From Oscillospiraceae bacterium (GTDB lineage: Bacteria; Bacillota; Clostridia; Oscillospirales; CAG-272): a DNA stretch of 64,000 nt. Shown here piece by piece: positions 1 through 9,509 of this stretch (within the stretch, counting starts at the first letter, position 1; each line of letters opens with the position of its first letter). Location: NCBI GenBank assembly GCA_015064965.1, contig SVRG01000002.1:7983-71982 (forward strand), in the 5' to 3' direction. The notes below the pieces were generated by a model. It was not told the origin of the DNA and did no database searches. It worked only from the letters and a program-made list of their open reading frames with translations. A program made the position numbers and the translations under genes.

Positions 1-972
1 GTTTACAGGATACTCCATAGTAACAAAATCAAATCCCGCAAGCGAAAATACAAGGTCAATATTTGCAGTGAGGTCGCCTGATTTTACATCAGTATAAATA
101 TGCTTGTTGATATTTGCAAAAATCGAATCAGCCTTTGCAAGATTTGACGGATTGGTCATCTTTTTGGCAAGAGTGATCAAAAACGAAAGTGTTGTCTTTG
201 CCCTTGAATTGCCGGATGTTGGAGCATACGAGTCATACGCAAGCAACGCAGCCGCCTTTGCACCGTCGATGGGCTGCGAGCCGGCTTTGAGCGAAATCAC
301 AAGTCCGTTGGCATCATCGGTGTACTCCATATCACAGGGCACATTGTATGTCACAGGACCGATTTTGTCAACTGTGCTAACCAAGAGTTCAATGCTTGTA
401 AGCGCGAAATAATCAATTTCTGCACCGGTTATTGCACTGACCTTATCCTTGAAGACTTCAAGCCCTTTTTCAAAGTAAAGGTCGCCGAGTACGGTTTCTC
501 CTCCGCCATGCTCAACGCGCATATGTGACGGAATGTTTATACAAGCAACGGTGCGCGTGGTTTTATTTACGCAAATCAAAACGATTGCATCTGCGCTTAC
601 AGTACGGTATGGATACTCGGGTAGTTTGCCCTTATAACCGATAAGCTTTTCAGACGCATCAAACTTTGGATACTGCGAAGCAATATCGGGGTGATAATCC
701 TTGTTGAGACTTGGGCGGTAGTCAGTACCGATAAGCAGAATATTAAACGACTCGCCCTCAATTTCATCATTGATTATCGGTTTGATAACCTCATTTGCGC
801 CGCCAAGATCATCTTCTTTGATCGGCTCGGTGGTTTCGGCCACGTCGCCACCGTTAATCAAATTTAAAATACTGTCGGAAACAAATCCGGTTATAAAATA
901 CGCGCAAGTTCCAAAAACGACGAGCGCAATTAAAAATGTGATAAAAAAATTTCTAAGAGAAATCAAAAACAT
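1..972 (-). CDS. LytR-CpsA-Psr (LCP) family protein, C-terminus cut by window edge
   Basis: Not in the ORF track because it runs off the window. Manual minus-strand translation from ATG at 970-972 (AAGGAGG just upstream) gives MFLISLRNFFITFLIALVVFG (TM anchor). It continues with FNILLIGTDYR and IDYFALTSIELLVSTVDKIGPV, typical LCP-domain motifs. The frame stays open to position 1. Confidence 0.7.
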   Translation of the reverse strand, partial: MFLISLRNFFITFLIALVVFGTCAYFITGFVSDSILNLINGGDVAETTEPIKEDDLGGANEVIKPIINDEIEGESFNILLIGTDYRPSLNKDYHPDIASQYPKFDASEKLIGYKGKLPEYPYRTVSADAIVLICVNKTTRTVACINIPSHMRVEHGGGETVLGDLYFEKGLEVFKDKVSAITGAEIDYFALTSIELLVSTVDKIGPVTYNVPCDMEYTDDANGLVISLKAGSQPIDGAKAAALLAYDSYAPTSGNSRAKTTLSFLITLAKKMTNPSNLAKADSIFANINKHIYTDVKSGDLTANIDLVFSLAGFDFVTMEYPVN

Positions 973-1101
973 TCCTCCTTTATAGTACTAACATCTTATT
1001 ATATAACAGTTTTTTGCTTTTTTCAATACATAAAGTGATTTTTCCCTCCCTTGACTATATTTAATAAAGATGATAAAATAACATAGAAAGTTGGTGAACC
1101 A

Positions 1102-2469
1102 ATGCTAAAAAAGAATGATGTATTTACCGTCACAGTTGAGGATATGAACTTTCTCGGCTTTGGCGTTGCTAAAATAGATGGTATTGCCGTATTTATCAAC
1201 GGCGCTGTGGCTTTTGATGTTGCAAAAATCAAGATAATCAAAACAGCCAAAACCTATGCTGTAGCAAGAGTCGAGGAGATTGTATCCCCCTCCCCTCAAC
1301 GCACAAATGACAATTGCAAAGTTTCGGCGGCGTGCGGCGGTTGCGCCTTTCGCTCGGTATCATATGCATATGAAAAAGAGTTAAAAGAAAACTTTGTAAA
1401 AATGAGTTTTATAAAACAAGGACTCCGCGATGTGAAAGTTGCTCCGCTTACACATGCAAAGCTTTCAGGATACCGCAACAAAGGACAATACCCCGTGCGC
1501 AAAGATGCAAACGGAAAAACCGTAATCGGTTTTTTTGCGGCAAAGAGCCACCGCGTACTCGACTGCGCATCATGCGACCTGCAAAATGCTGCTTTTGCGC
1601 CGATAATAGAGGAAATCCGCACATTTATTGATGAAAACAGCATCAGTGTTTACAATGAAGAAACCAATAGCGGTCTTGTACGACATATATATTTGCGCAT
1701 TGGTGAAAAAACAGGCGAAATCATGCTTTGCATGGTACTTTGCGGCGAAAAAATGCCATGTGAAGCTGAATTTGTAACGCGCATCACAAACAAGTTCCCT
1801 GCAATAAAATCGCTATATATCAACACCAATAAAAAAGAAACAAACGTAGTGCTTGGCGACAAATACCGCCTGCTTTACGGCAAAGAATACATCACCGATA
1901 TTCTCTGCGGTGTAAAACTTATGATCACGCCGCAATCATTTTACCAAGTCAACCGCGATGCGGCAGAGATGCTGTATCAAAAAGCCGCATCTCTTGCAAA
2001 TTTCAAGGGTGACGAACTGCTCCTTGACCTATACTGCGGAATTGGCTCAATAGGGCTTTCAATGGCTGACAAGGTAAAAAAACTCATTGGAATTGAAGTT
2101 GTGCCATCGGCAATTGAATGCGCAAAGAAAAACGCTGCCGAAAACGGCATCAATAATGCATCTTTCTATTGCGGAGATGCGGCAGACACCGAAAAAATGC
2201 TTGACGGCGCTAAGGCTGCCGAAGGTGATTTCATCCCTGACGTAGTTGTATTTGACCCGCCGCGAAAAGGGTGTTCAGAAGAGCTTCTCGATTACATTTC
2301 AAGACTCGGTGTTAAAAATATCGTGTATATCTCATGCAACAGTGAAACCCTTGCACGAGATGTAAAGATTCTCACTGAAAAGGGCTACAAAATGAGCGAA
2401 GTATATCCGTTTGACCTATTTCCAAGAACAGGTCACTGCGAATGCGTCGTGCGAATATATCGTACATAA
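1102..2469 (+). CDS. rlmD: 23S rRNA (uracil-5)-methyltransferase, RumA/RlmD type with TRAM domain
   Basis: 455 aa. N-terminal TRAM-like segment. Cys cluster CKVSAACGGC (C-x5-C-x2-C). SAM motif LDLYCGIGSIG. DPPRKG, YISCNSETLARD and C-terminal HCECV are all hallmarks of RumA-family enzymes. Confidence 0.85.
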   Translation: MLKKNDVFTVTVEDMNFLGFGVAKIDGIAVFINGAVAFDVAKIKIIKTAKTYAVARVEEIVSPSPQRTNDNCKVSAACGGCAFRSVSYAYEKELKENFVKMSFIKQGLRDVKVAPLTHAKLSGYRNKGQYPVRKDANGKTVIGFFAAKSHRVLDCASCDLQNAAFAPIIEEIRTFIDENSISVYNEETNSGLVRHIYLRIGEKTGEIMLCMVLCGEKMPCEAEFVTRITNKFPAIKSLYINTNKKETNVVLGDKYRLLYGKEYITDILCGVKLMITPQSFYQVNRDAAEMLYQKAASLANFKGDELLLDLYCGIGSIGLSMADKVKKLIGIEVVPSAIECAKKNAAENGINNASFYCGDAADTEKMLDGAKAAEGDFIPDVVVFDPPRKGCSEELLDYISRLGVKNIVYISCNSETLARDVKILTEKGYKMSEVYPFDLFPRTGHCECVVRIYRT

Positions 2470-2500
2470 CACTATAAATATTACGTAAAGGAAAAAAGAT

Positions 2501-3166
2501 ATGAAATACATGAGAATATTCGCTCAGGTTCTATTGGTCGTTTTGATAACGACGGTTTTGGCCATTTTTATTTCGCTGAGTTCTCCCAGTGCGGCAGAAA
2601 AACTTGTAGTCAGTGTTGCAGGAGCTTTTCCGTTTTTTGAGATTTGGGTTGATCTGTTATCAACATTTCATTCCTTTGAGCTTTCAAATGTAACAGAGAT
2701 TTACATAGATGTTTTTTTCGAAGCTATTATTATGGGTATATGTATGGTTGTGTGTAAAAAAATAGCGGATTTCCTTCATGCAACAAGAATACTTCCGTTT
2801 GGTAACGTTCTGGTCACTTTTTTGGGGGTATTGCTTGGCTGTTTCATTTGCAGCCCATTGGCTGATACAGAAGGAATATCATCAATTGCTGTAGGGCTTA
2901 TTGCCATTTACGGCTTGCTGCTTATGATTTCCTCGATTTTACCTATTCACAAAACTCTTTCAAAAATTATTACGCTAGCAGACATTTTGCTTATTATTAT
3001 AAGCAGCCTCGTTTCTGTAATTCTTACAGGCTATATTGCAGCTCTATTCCTTTTCGCCGGCAGAGAAATCAGCCTTTCCGTTCTTCTATCAATAGCTACT
3101 TTAACAATAATATCGTTACTCATACTTTATACAGTTGATGGTATTAAGGCTAAGGATAAGGATTAA
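2501..3166 (+). CDS. hypothetical polytopic membrane protein
   Basis: 221-aa ORF made almost entirely of hydrophobic helices (about 6 TM by eye). AAGGAAAAAAG precedes the ATG. No recognisable family. Confidence 0.5.
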   Translation: MKYMRIFAQVLLVVLITTVLAIFISLSSPSAAEKLVVSVAGAFPFFEIWVDLLSTFHSFELSNVTEIYIDVFFEAIIMGICMVVCKKIADFLHATRILPFGNVLVTFLGVLLGCFICSPLADTEGISSIAVGLIAIYGLLLMISSILPIHKTLSKIITLADILLIIISSLVSVILTGYIAALFLFAGREISLSVLLSIATLTIISLLILYTVDGIKAKDKD

Positions 3167-3234
3167 GAGTTCCTTGGAAATATGCTGAAAAACAAATTGC
3201 ACTATTTCCACGGCAAAAACAGAAAGGAACAACC

Positions 3235-4407
3235 ATGACTAACGAAAACTTTATCTGCCCGATATACAAAAAATGCGGCGGATGCCAGCTTGATGTAACA
3301 TACCGCCAGCAACTTTCATACAAGCAACGCACCGTTATTAAAATGCTTGGTCGCTACTGCCGAGTGTCGCCGATTATCGGTATGGAAGATCCGCTCCACT
3401 ACCGCACAAAAGCGAGCGCCGCATTTGGTTTTTCACGCGGTCAGGTAATCAGCGGAATCTGGCAATCTTCGGGAGGCAAAATTGCCAAAACTGATGCCTG
3501 CGCGCTTGAGGATGAGCGCGCTGAACGTATCATTACCGCAATCAAAAAACTGCTTCCCTCTTTCAGACTCAAGACATACGACGAGCGAACCGGCAACGGA
3601 TTTTTGCGCTTTGTTACCATCCGCATTGGAAAAGCTACCGGTGAGATTTTAGTTGCGCTCGGCACCGGCAAAGGTGTATTTCCAGCAGTGAAAAACTTTG
3701 TTCAAGCACTGGTAAAGGCATGTCCCGAAATCACAACAATCACACAAAACACAAGCTGCGACCGTTTAAATCTTATACTTGGCAAGGACGAAACCGTACT
3801 TTACGGCGACGGTTTTATAACAGACCGTCTTTGTGGCTACACTTTTAAAATCTCCGCGCGCTCATTTTTTCAGGTAAACCCGAAACAAACCGAAAAACTC
3901 TATTCGATAGCGGTTGATTTTGCAGATCTTTCAGGAGAAGAAACAATAATTGATGCATACTGCGGTGTAGGTACTATAGGTATTATCGCATCGGCAAAAG
4001 CCAAAAGCGTTATAGCCGCAGAGCAAAACGCCGATGCGGCAAAAAATGCTGCAGAAAACGCGGCACTTAACGGCGTTAAAAACTATCGCGTTGTAAACGC
4101 CGATGCGGGCGAGTTTATGGATGAAATGGCAAAGCTTGGCGAGAGTGCCGACGTAGTCTTCACCGACCCTCCGCGAGCCGGCTGCTCAAAGCAGTTTTTG
4201 AACTCACTCCTCACACTTTCCCCAAAGAAAATCGTCTATGTTTCATGCAATCCCGAAACACTTGCAAGGGATTTGTACTTCCTCACCAAAAACGGCTACA
4301 AGGCAGTAAAGATACAACCTGTTGATATGTTCCCCTATACAAAGCACGTTGAGTGCGTGGTGCTGCTCCAACGGGAAGCAAATCAACAAAACCCAAATGA
4401 TGGATAA
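3235..4407 (+). CDS. RNA (uracil-5)-methyltransferase, RumA/TrmA family paralog without TRAM domain
   Basis: 390 aa. CPIYKKCGGCQ Cys cluster, IDAYCGVGTIGI SAM motif, TDPPRAG, YVSCNPETLARD and HVECVV. Clear paralog of 1102-2469. Confidence 0.8.
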   Translation: MTNENFICPIYKKCGGCQLDVTYRQQLSYKQRTVIKMLGRYCRVSPIIGMEDPLHYRTKASAAFGFSRGQVISGIWQSSGGKIAKTDACALEDERAERIITAIKKLLPSFRLKTYDERTGNGFLRFVTIRIGKATGEILVALGTGKGVFPAVKNFVQALVKACPEITTITQNTSCDRLNLILGKDETVLYGDGFITDRLCGYTFKISARSFFQVNPKQTEKLYSIAVDFADLSGEETIIDAYCGVGTIGIIASAKAKSVIAAEQNADAAKNAAENAALNGVKNYRVVNADAGEFMDEMAKLGESADVVFTDPPRAGCSKQFLNSLLTLSPKKIVYVSCNPETLARDLYFLTKNGYKAVKIQPVDMFPYTKHVECVVLLQREANQQNPNDG

Positions 4408-4411
4408 CAAT

Positions 4412-5011
4412 ATGAAAAAACAAAAATTAAGCGGTCCTGCGATATTTATGTATGGCACTATCGTGCTGACCGTGCTTATCGCAGCTATCTGCTTTACTTT
4501 ATACTACTCAGGTACATATAAAAACGATCTTATACTATGGTGCGGAATTGTATCATTTATGATTCTGTATCACTTTGGTCTGCGCATACTGATGGGCGAA
4601 GTGACAAAACGATTTAAAATCAACTACCTACACCCATTCTACAAAGAACGCCGCTTTGAAAAAAGCTTATACAAGCTACTAAAAGTGCGCAAGTGGAAAG
4701 ACAAGGTGCTTACATTTGAGCCGGAAAACTACGACTTTAAAAACCGCACACTTGAGCAACTTGCAACCACGATGTCAAAATCCGAACTTGATCACTGGAT
4801 AAATGAAGTGATTTCTGTTTTCAGCATCCTTTTTATCTTTATCTGGGGCTGTCCGCCGGCATTTTTGATATCAGCAGTTGCCGCAATGCTTTTTGATGCA
4901 CAGTTTATTATTGTGCAAAGATACAACAGGCCGGTAGTGTTAAGGTTAATGAACAGAAAATCAAAAAGAGAAAAAACAAACAGTGGTGAAAAACATGCAA
5001 ACATCTCCTAA
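4412..5011 (+). CDS. hypothetical membrane protein
   Basis: The track ORF starts at 4322 but that overlaps the upstream gene. The internal ATG at 4412 (MKKQKLSGPAIFMYG...) lies just after the upstream stop (4407). Several TM helices and a basic C-terminal tail. It vaguely recalls the small CrtO-like acyltransferase membrane family, which I could not verify. Confidence 0.45.
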   Translation: MKKQKLSGPAIFMYGTIVLTVLIAAICFTLYYSGTYKNDLILWCGIVSFMILYHFGLRILMGEVTKRFKINYLHPFYKERRFEKSLYKLLKVRKWKDKVLTFEPENYDFKNRTLEQLATTMSKSELDHWINEVISVFSILFIFIWGCPPAFLISAVAAMLFDAQFIIVQRYNRPVVLRLMNRKSKREKTNSGEKHANIS

Positions 5012-5633
5012 AGCATATATTTTTGATATGGACGGAACGCTTATAGACTCTGTTTACGCGCTTGATCAAAGCACAAGAGCGTTTTTAGATCCACTTGGGA
5101 TCGAATATCCCGACAACATCGTAGAAATAGTCACGCCCCTCGGCTACGCCGGCGCAGCAGAGTATATACAATCGCTCGGTGTAAACATACCGGTTGACGA
5201 AATCACAACCCTTATGAAAGAGGGCATGCTAAAAGAATATGTTGAAAGCATCCCCGCAAAACCGTTTGCCACCGAGCTTTTGCAAAAACTTAAAAAAGAG
5301 GGACACCGACTTTGCATACTTTCGGCAAGCCCGCACTTTTTGATCGACCCATGCGTAAAAAGGCTGGACATTGAAAAGTATTTTGATTTTATATGGTCAA
5401 CGGATGATTTTGCACTCAAAAAATCCGATGAAAAGATCTACACCGAGGCCGCAAAGCTGCTCGGATTTGTTGAGGGCAACTGCATATTTGTCGATGACAA
5501 CCTGACAAATATCAAAACAGCAAAGGCGGCAGGACTAAAAACTGTTGCCGTATATGACCTGGCAAGCGCTTCAAGTGCTGATGAACTCAAAAAAGTCGCT
5601 GACAGATATATTTACACATTTGATGAGTTTTAA
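4995..5633 (+). CDS. HAD-superfamily hydrolase (subfamily IA-like)
   Basis: Motif I FDMDGTLIDS, motif II ILSASP and a distal VDDN motif. The start is ambiguous: GTG at 4983 or ATG at 4995. Confidence 0.8.
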   Translation: MQTSPKAYIFDMDGTLIDSVYALDQSTRAFLDPLGIEYPDNIVEIVTPLGYAGAAEYIQSLGVNIPVDEITTLMKEGMLKEYVESIPAKPFATELLQKLKKEGHRLCILSASPHFLIDPCVKRLDIEKYFDFIWSTDDFALKKSDEKIYTEAAKLLGFVEGNCIFVDDNLTNIKTAKAAGLKTVAVYDLASASSADELKKVADRYIYTFDEF

Positions 5634-5635
5634 AA

Positions 5636-5668
5636 ATAAAAAGGCTTCCTTTCGGAAGCCTTTTATTC
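5636..5668. terminator. bidirectional intrinsic terminator between convergent HAD and Asp/Cys-rich genes
   Basis: AAGGCTTCC-TTTC-GGAAGCCTT stem-loop flanked by an A-run and a T-run. Confidence 0.85.
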
Positions 5669-5673
5669 TTTAA

Positions 5674-6105
5674 TTACTCTGCATCGGGTGCTTCAAGACA
5701 ATCAAACTTTTCCTGGCAAGAGGGGCAAAGGATTTCGCGAGGATCGCAGGTCTCGTCAAAGCAAACGTTTGCGCCGCAGTGAGGGCACTCTACTTCGTAA
5801 AAACCATCGCAATCTTCATCACAGCAATCGCAATCGCCGTCGCAGTCGAAATCATCGTCGCAATCGCAACAGTCGCACTCGTCATCGGAGTATACAAACT
5901 CTTCAACAGCGCCGAGGTCCTCATCAAGTTCCTCAACATAGTCGTTAAGAGTTGCAACATCCTCTGCAACATCGGTAAGGTCATTTGCAAGTTCATCGAG
6001 AGTTTCGATAACTGCCTTAAGAAGTTTGCCTTCTGCCTTGGTTTCGTCGATATTCATGCCTTCAAGAAGTCCCTTGAGGTATGCGGTCTTTTCTGTAATA
6101 GTCAT
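5674..6105 (-). CDS. acidic Asp/Cys-rich protein with C-terminal zinc ribbon
   Basis: 143 aa with AAGGAGGA RBS. Helical acidic N-terminus. Core DDECDCCDCDDDFDCDGDCDCCDEDCDG. C-terminal CPHCG...CPSC zinc-ribbon pattern. From memory, similar proteins are annotated as 'CD1247 N-terminal domain-containing'. Confidence 0.7.
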   Translation of the reverse strand: MTITEKTAYLKGLLEGMNIDETKAEGKLLKAVIETLDELANDLTDVAEDVATLNDYVEELDEDLGAVEEFVYSDDECDCCDCDDDFDCDGDCDCCDEDCDGFYEVECPHCGANVCFDETCDPREILCPSCQEKFDCLEAPDAE

Positions 6106-6130
6106 TGTTTTATCCTCCTTAAAATTAGAG

Positions 6131-6161
6131 TAAAAACGGCACCGCCGTTGGGCGGCACCGC
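6131..6161 (-). terminator. intrinsic terminator or partial terminator directly after efp
   Basis: Minus-strand RNA CGGUGCCGCC-CAAC-GGCGGUGCCG (10 bp including 2 G-U pairs) followed by UUUUU. It lies only approx 25 nt upstream of the next gene's start codon (approx 10 nt from its RBS). Confidence 0.7.
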
Positions 6162-6177
6162 TATTTTAAATTCGAAT

Positions 6178-6735
6178 TTACGCTCTGGAGAGATATTCGC
6201 CTGTACGAGTATCAATCTTGAGCACTTCACCCTCGTTGATGAAGAGCGGAACCTTAACTACAGCACCGGTCTCAAGAGTTGCGGGCTTGAGAGTGTTGGT
6301 TGCGGTGTTACCTGCAAAACCGGGGTCGGTCTGTGTAACAACAAGCTCTACAAACGTGGGGGGTTCTACTGCAAATACGTTGCCCTTGTAAGAAACAACG
6401 CGGCAAGTCATGTTTTCCTTAACGAACTTAAAGTCATCGCCAAGCTTGTCTGCATTGATAGGAAGCTGCTCGTAAGTTTCCATATCCATGAAGTAATAAA
6501 GCTCACCATCATTGTAGAGATATTCCATATCCTTGCGCTCTACATATGCGTTTTCAAACTTATCAGTGGGGCTGAAAGTCTTTTCGATTACAGCACCGGT
6601 GATAACGTTCTTAAGCTTGGTTCTAACGAAAGCTGCGCCCTTACCGGGTTTTACATGCTGAAATTCAACAACCTGAAGAACGTTGCCTTCCATTTCAAAA
6701 GTAATACCGTTTTTGAAATCTCCTGCTACTACCAT
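6178..6735 (-). CDS. efp: translation elongation factor P
   Basis: 185 aa. [23 protein letters not shown] is the conserved EF-P loop region. Full-length match to the family by eye. Confidence 0.95.
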   Translation of the reverse strand: MVVAGDFKNGITFEMEGNVLQVVEFQHVKPGKGAAFVRTKLKNVITGAVIEKTFSPTDKFENAYVERKDMEYLYNDGELYYFMDMETYEQLPINADKLGDDFKFVKENMTCRVVSYKGNVFAVEPPTFVELVVTQTDPGFAGNTATNTLKPATLETGAVVKVPLFINEGEVLKIDTRTGEYLSRA

Positions 6736-6884
6736 TGTAAAAAATCCTTCTCAACGACTTTTGAATTTTTTAGGATGGGGCGTGGATAATTCCGGAGGAT
6801 ACGCGGTCGTTGTCACATACACTCGCCCACAATACTGTTACACATTATTTTACCCCATATATCGAAATTTTGCAATAGTTTTCA

Positions 6885-6915
6885 AGAAAAAAATCCCGCA
6901 AAGAGCGGGATTTTT
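6885..6915 (-). terminator. intrinsic terminator after the small membrane protein gene
   Basis: AAATCCCGC-loop-GCGGGATTT hairpin with a U-run on the minus strand, immediately after the stop codon. Confidence 0.8.
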
Positions 6916-7314
6916 TTATCTTCTGTGTTTTCGCTTTGTTTCGCGCGAGCCAAGTGCGGCTCCGCTGGCACTTACTGCTACACCGAGAGCAGCCATGGTC
7001 AGCTCTTTTATAAAACTGTCACCGCCAAACGCTACCGAGGCAGCAATTACTAAAAGCAGCACTATACCACTTGCGAATATACCGCTTGCAAAACGGCTTT
7101 CACCTGCAGTTTTTGCACCAACAAAACCGCAAAAAAACATTGATAAAAGAAAGCATATCTCGCCGTAAAGTGTGAGATTTTTTGTAGGGTCTTCACTTGC
7201 AAATGCAACCGCCCCCATAATCATACACAGTGAAAGCGCAAATGCCACAGTTATCGCTGCTACAATTGCGCACCGAGCGGCAAGTGAAAGTTTTTTAAAT
7301 GAATGTTTCGGCAT
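6916..7314 (-). CDS. small 4-TM membrane protein (TIGR04086-like)
   Basis: 132 aa with four hydrophobic helices and a basic C-terminus (RETKRKHRR). A terminator follows directly after the stop. The family name is recalled, not verified. Confidence 0.45.
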   Translation of the reverse strand: MPKHSFKKLSLAARCAIVAAITVAFALSLCMIMGAVAFASEDPTKNLTLYGEICFLLSMFFCGFVGAKTAGESRFASGIFASGIVLLLVIAASVAFGGDSFIKELTMAALGVAVSASGAALGSRETKRKHRR

Positions 7315-7378
7315 GGCAAATCCTCCGTTTGATAAAAAATATGCTCATCAAACGGAGGATATGATAGAATTTATAACA

Positions 7379-8335
7379 TTATTTGCTTTTTTCAAGCATT
7401 GTGTTCACTTCATCCAATGTGGGCAACGAAGGTATCGCACCCATGCGTGAAACGGTTAATGCAGCTGTATAATTTGCAAAGCGAAGTGCCGCCGCGGTGT
7501 CCACACCGCTTGTAACAGCAAATATGAAACCTCCGATAAACGAGTCGCCCGCAGCAGTCGGGTCTACCGCTTTTATACCATCGACAGCTGAAGAATAAAA
7601 CTCGCCGCTTTCTCCAAAGAAATATGCACCTGCACTGCCAAGGGTAATTACAACATTATCACTTCCGCGTGCGATTACAAGTTTTGCAACTTGCTTAGCT
7701 TCGTCAAGACTTGCAGCCGCTCTGTTTCGTGTGATTTTCACGCCTGTCAGGCTTTCTGCCTCGGTTTCATTAGGAGATAGATACGTGACACATGACAAAA
7801 ATTCATCAGAAACAGGAGCATATGGAGCAATGTTCAAAAACACAGGAACTCCCTTTTCGCATGCATATTTTGCAACAGCTTCATTTATCTCCATAGGGAT
7901 TTCAAGTTGCAATACCACCATATCATATCCGGCTATTTCGTTTTTGAGAAATTCAACATCCGCAAGTTCAAGCGCACCGTTTGCTCCAGCGTACACGATT
8001 ATGCGGTTTTTAGCGCCGTGAAGAACTATCACCGCGCATCCGGTGGGCATATCATTTTTAACTGTAATAAAGCTCGTATCAACGCCTTCTCGGCAAAGAA
8101 GTTCGCGCATTTCGCGTCCGTCCGCATCGTTTCCTACGGCACCAACCATTGTTACATCGGCGCCAAGGCGCGCAAGCTGGACCGCCTGATTTGCACCTTT
8201 GCCCCCGGCAGATTTTTTAAACCCATTGCCCGAAACGGTTTCGCCCTCTTTGGGAAAAACTTCTGTCGATACCGTTAAATCTACATTTATGCTTCCTACT
8301 ACCAATATCTTGGGTTTTCTACTCAAATTACTCAC
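7379..8335 (-). CDS. rbsK: ribokinase
   Basis: 318 aa. VVGSINVDL, GGKGANQAV and the C-terminal DPTAAGDSFIGGF (PfkB signature 2). The start codon is uncertain (GTG at 8335 has no clear RBS). Confidence 0.85.
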   Translation of the reverse strand: MSNLSRKPKILVVGSINVDLTVSTEVFPKEGETVSGNGFKKSAGGKGANQAVQLARLGADVTMVGAVGNDADGREMRELLCREGVDTSFITVKNDMPTGCAVIVLHGAKNRIIVYAGANGALELADVEFLKNEIAGYDMVVLQLEIPMEINEAVAKYACEKGVPVFLNIAPYAPVSDEFLSCVTYLSPNETEAESLTGVKITRNRAAASLDEAKQVAKLVIARGSDNVVITLGSAGAYFFGESGEFYSSAVDGIKAVDPTAAGDSFIGGFIFAVTSGVDTAAALRFANYTAALTVSRMGAIPSLPTLDEVNTMLEKSK

Positions 8336-8363
8336 TCACAATACTAAAAGTTTTATTATTTAA

Positions 8364-8391
8364 ATTATACCATGTTTTTCAGCACTTGTAA
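8364..8391 (-). promoter_or_regulatory. candidate SigA-type promoter of rbsK
   Basis: Minus strand TTACAA-16 nt-TATAAT with TG extension (CATGGTATAAT). Confidence 0.5.
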
Positions 8392-8404
8392 ATCCGTCAC
8401 TGAT

Positions 8405-8440
8405 ATAAAAAAATCGCTCTCTTTCGAGAGCGATTTTTGT
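8405..8440 (-). terminator. intrinsic terminator ending the seven-gene ABC-type operon
   Basis: ATCGCTCTC-TTTC-GAGAGCGAT hairpin flanked by an A-run and a T-run, 1-2 nt after the stop at 8442. Confidence 0.85.
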
Positions 8441-8441
8441 T

Positions 8442-9491
8442 TTAACCAACGATACCCGAACGCTCGATACCTTGTACAAGGAACTTCTGGCAGAACAGGT
8501 AGAGAACAACGAGCGGCAATATTATCATAATACCGCAAGTGTTGTTGATAGCGGATGTATAAAGCTGCATACCTGCATGGTCAATGTTGAGCGAAGAAGG
8601 AACGCCAACGATATTGGGCATAAGCACTGTTGAGTTGTTGCCCTGCATGAACATTTCGGTATAGAAGTTATCAGTCCACTGCCATGAGAAAGCAAACAGG
8701 AAGATTGTAATCATCATGGGGATTGAAAGAGGAATGATAATCTGAAGGAATGTGCGGAATACACCCGAACCGTCGATGTAAGCACTTTCTTCAAGTTCGT
8801 CCGGAACACCTTTGAAGAACTGACGCATCATAAAGATGTAAAGACCGTTCTTAAAAGCAAGGCCTGTAATCGAAATGATTATCATGGGCCAGAATGTACC
8901 GGTAAGCTGGAGAGAATTGCCGGAAATCGCATCAATGATACCCGTGTAGCCGAGTGGCTCAAGCAAGCCGAAAAGCTTGAACACGTCGAAGTATCTGAAT
9001 TCCATGAACATCGAAAGGTATACTGTACCGTGGGGTACTACCATTGTTAGAATAACCGCAGCCATTACAAGACTGTTACCCTTAAACTTAAACTTAGAAA
9101 GACCGTAACCTACAAGGCAGGATACAAAAGTCTGAAGAAGCGCTGTGGAAAGTGAAAGGAACAGTGTGTTGAAAAATGCTGAAACATACTCATTTTCAAG
9201 GAATATGTACTTGTACTGATCGAAGGACGGATACTTAGGAATAAGCATTACCGTTACGTCGATAAAGTCATCGGGGCTCATAAACGAAGCCGCAATTTTT
9301 GTGAAGAAAGGATAAAGAACAATGTAGGAAACACCAAGAAGGATAATAAAGCGGAAAAGGTACCACACGATATCGGTGTAGAATGCCAGGTTTCCGAACT
9401 TTGCCTTAAGTCTTTCCTTAAGAGGAGTACGCTCAAATTCAACACGAATCTTGTTCTTTGTTTCCTTTTTAATAGTAGGTTGTGAATTCAT
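8442..9491 (-). CDS. carbohydrate ABC transporter permease (MalG-like), second pair
   Basis: 349 aa, multi-TM. EAA loop EESAYIDGSGVFRTFLQIIIPL. Confidence 0.85.
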   Translation of the reverse strand: MNSQPTIKKETKNKIRVEFERTPLKERLKAKFGNLAFYTDIVWYLFRFIILLGVSYIVLYPFFTKIAASFMSPDDFIDVTVMLIPKYPSFDQYKYIFLENEYVSAFFNTLFLSLSTALLQTFVSCLVGYGLSKFKFKGNSLVMAAVILTMVVPHGTVYLSMFMEFRYFDVFKLFGLLEPLGYTGIIDAISGNSLQLTGTFWPMIIISITGLAFKNGLYIFMMRQFFKGVPDELEESAYIDGSGVFRTFLQIIIPLSIPMMITIFLFAFSWQWTDNFYTEMFMQGNNSTVLMPNIVGVPSSLNIDHAGMQLYTSAINNTCGIMIILPLVVLYLFCQKFLVQGIERSGIVG

Positions 9492-9509
9492 TACTTTACT
9501 CCTCCTTCC

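Noticed and set aside
5779-6789. 336-aa plus-strand ORF spanning two genes
   Set aside because: It runs antisense through the Asp/Cys-rich gene, the efp terminator and all of efp. It is incompatible with the clearly real efp, and a terminator hairpin sits in its middle.
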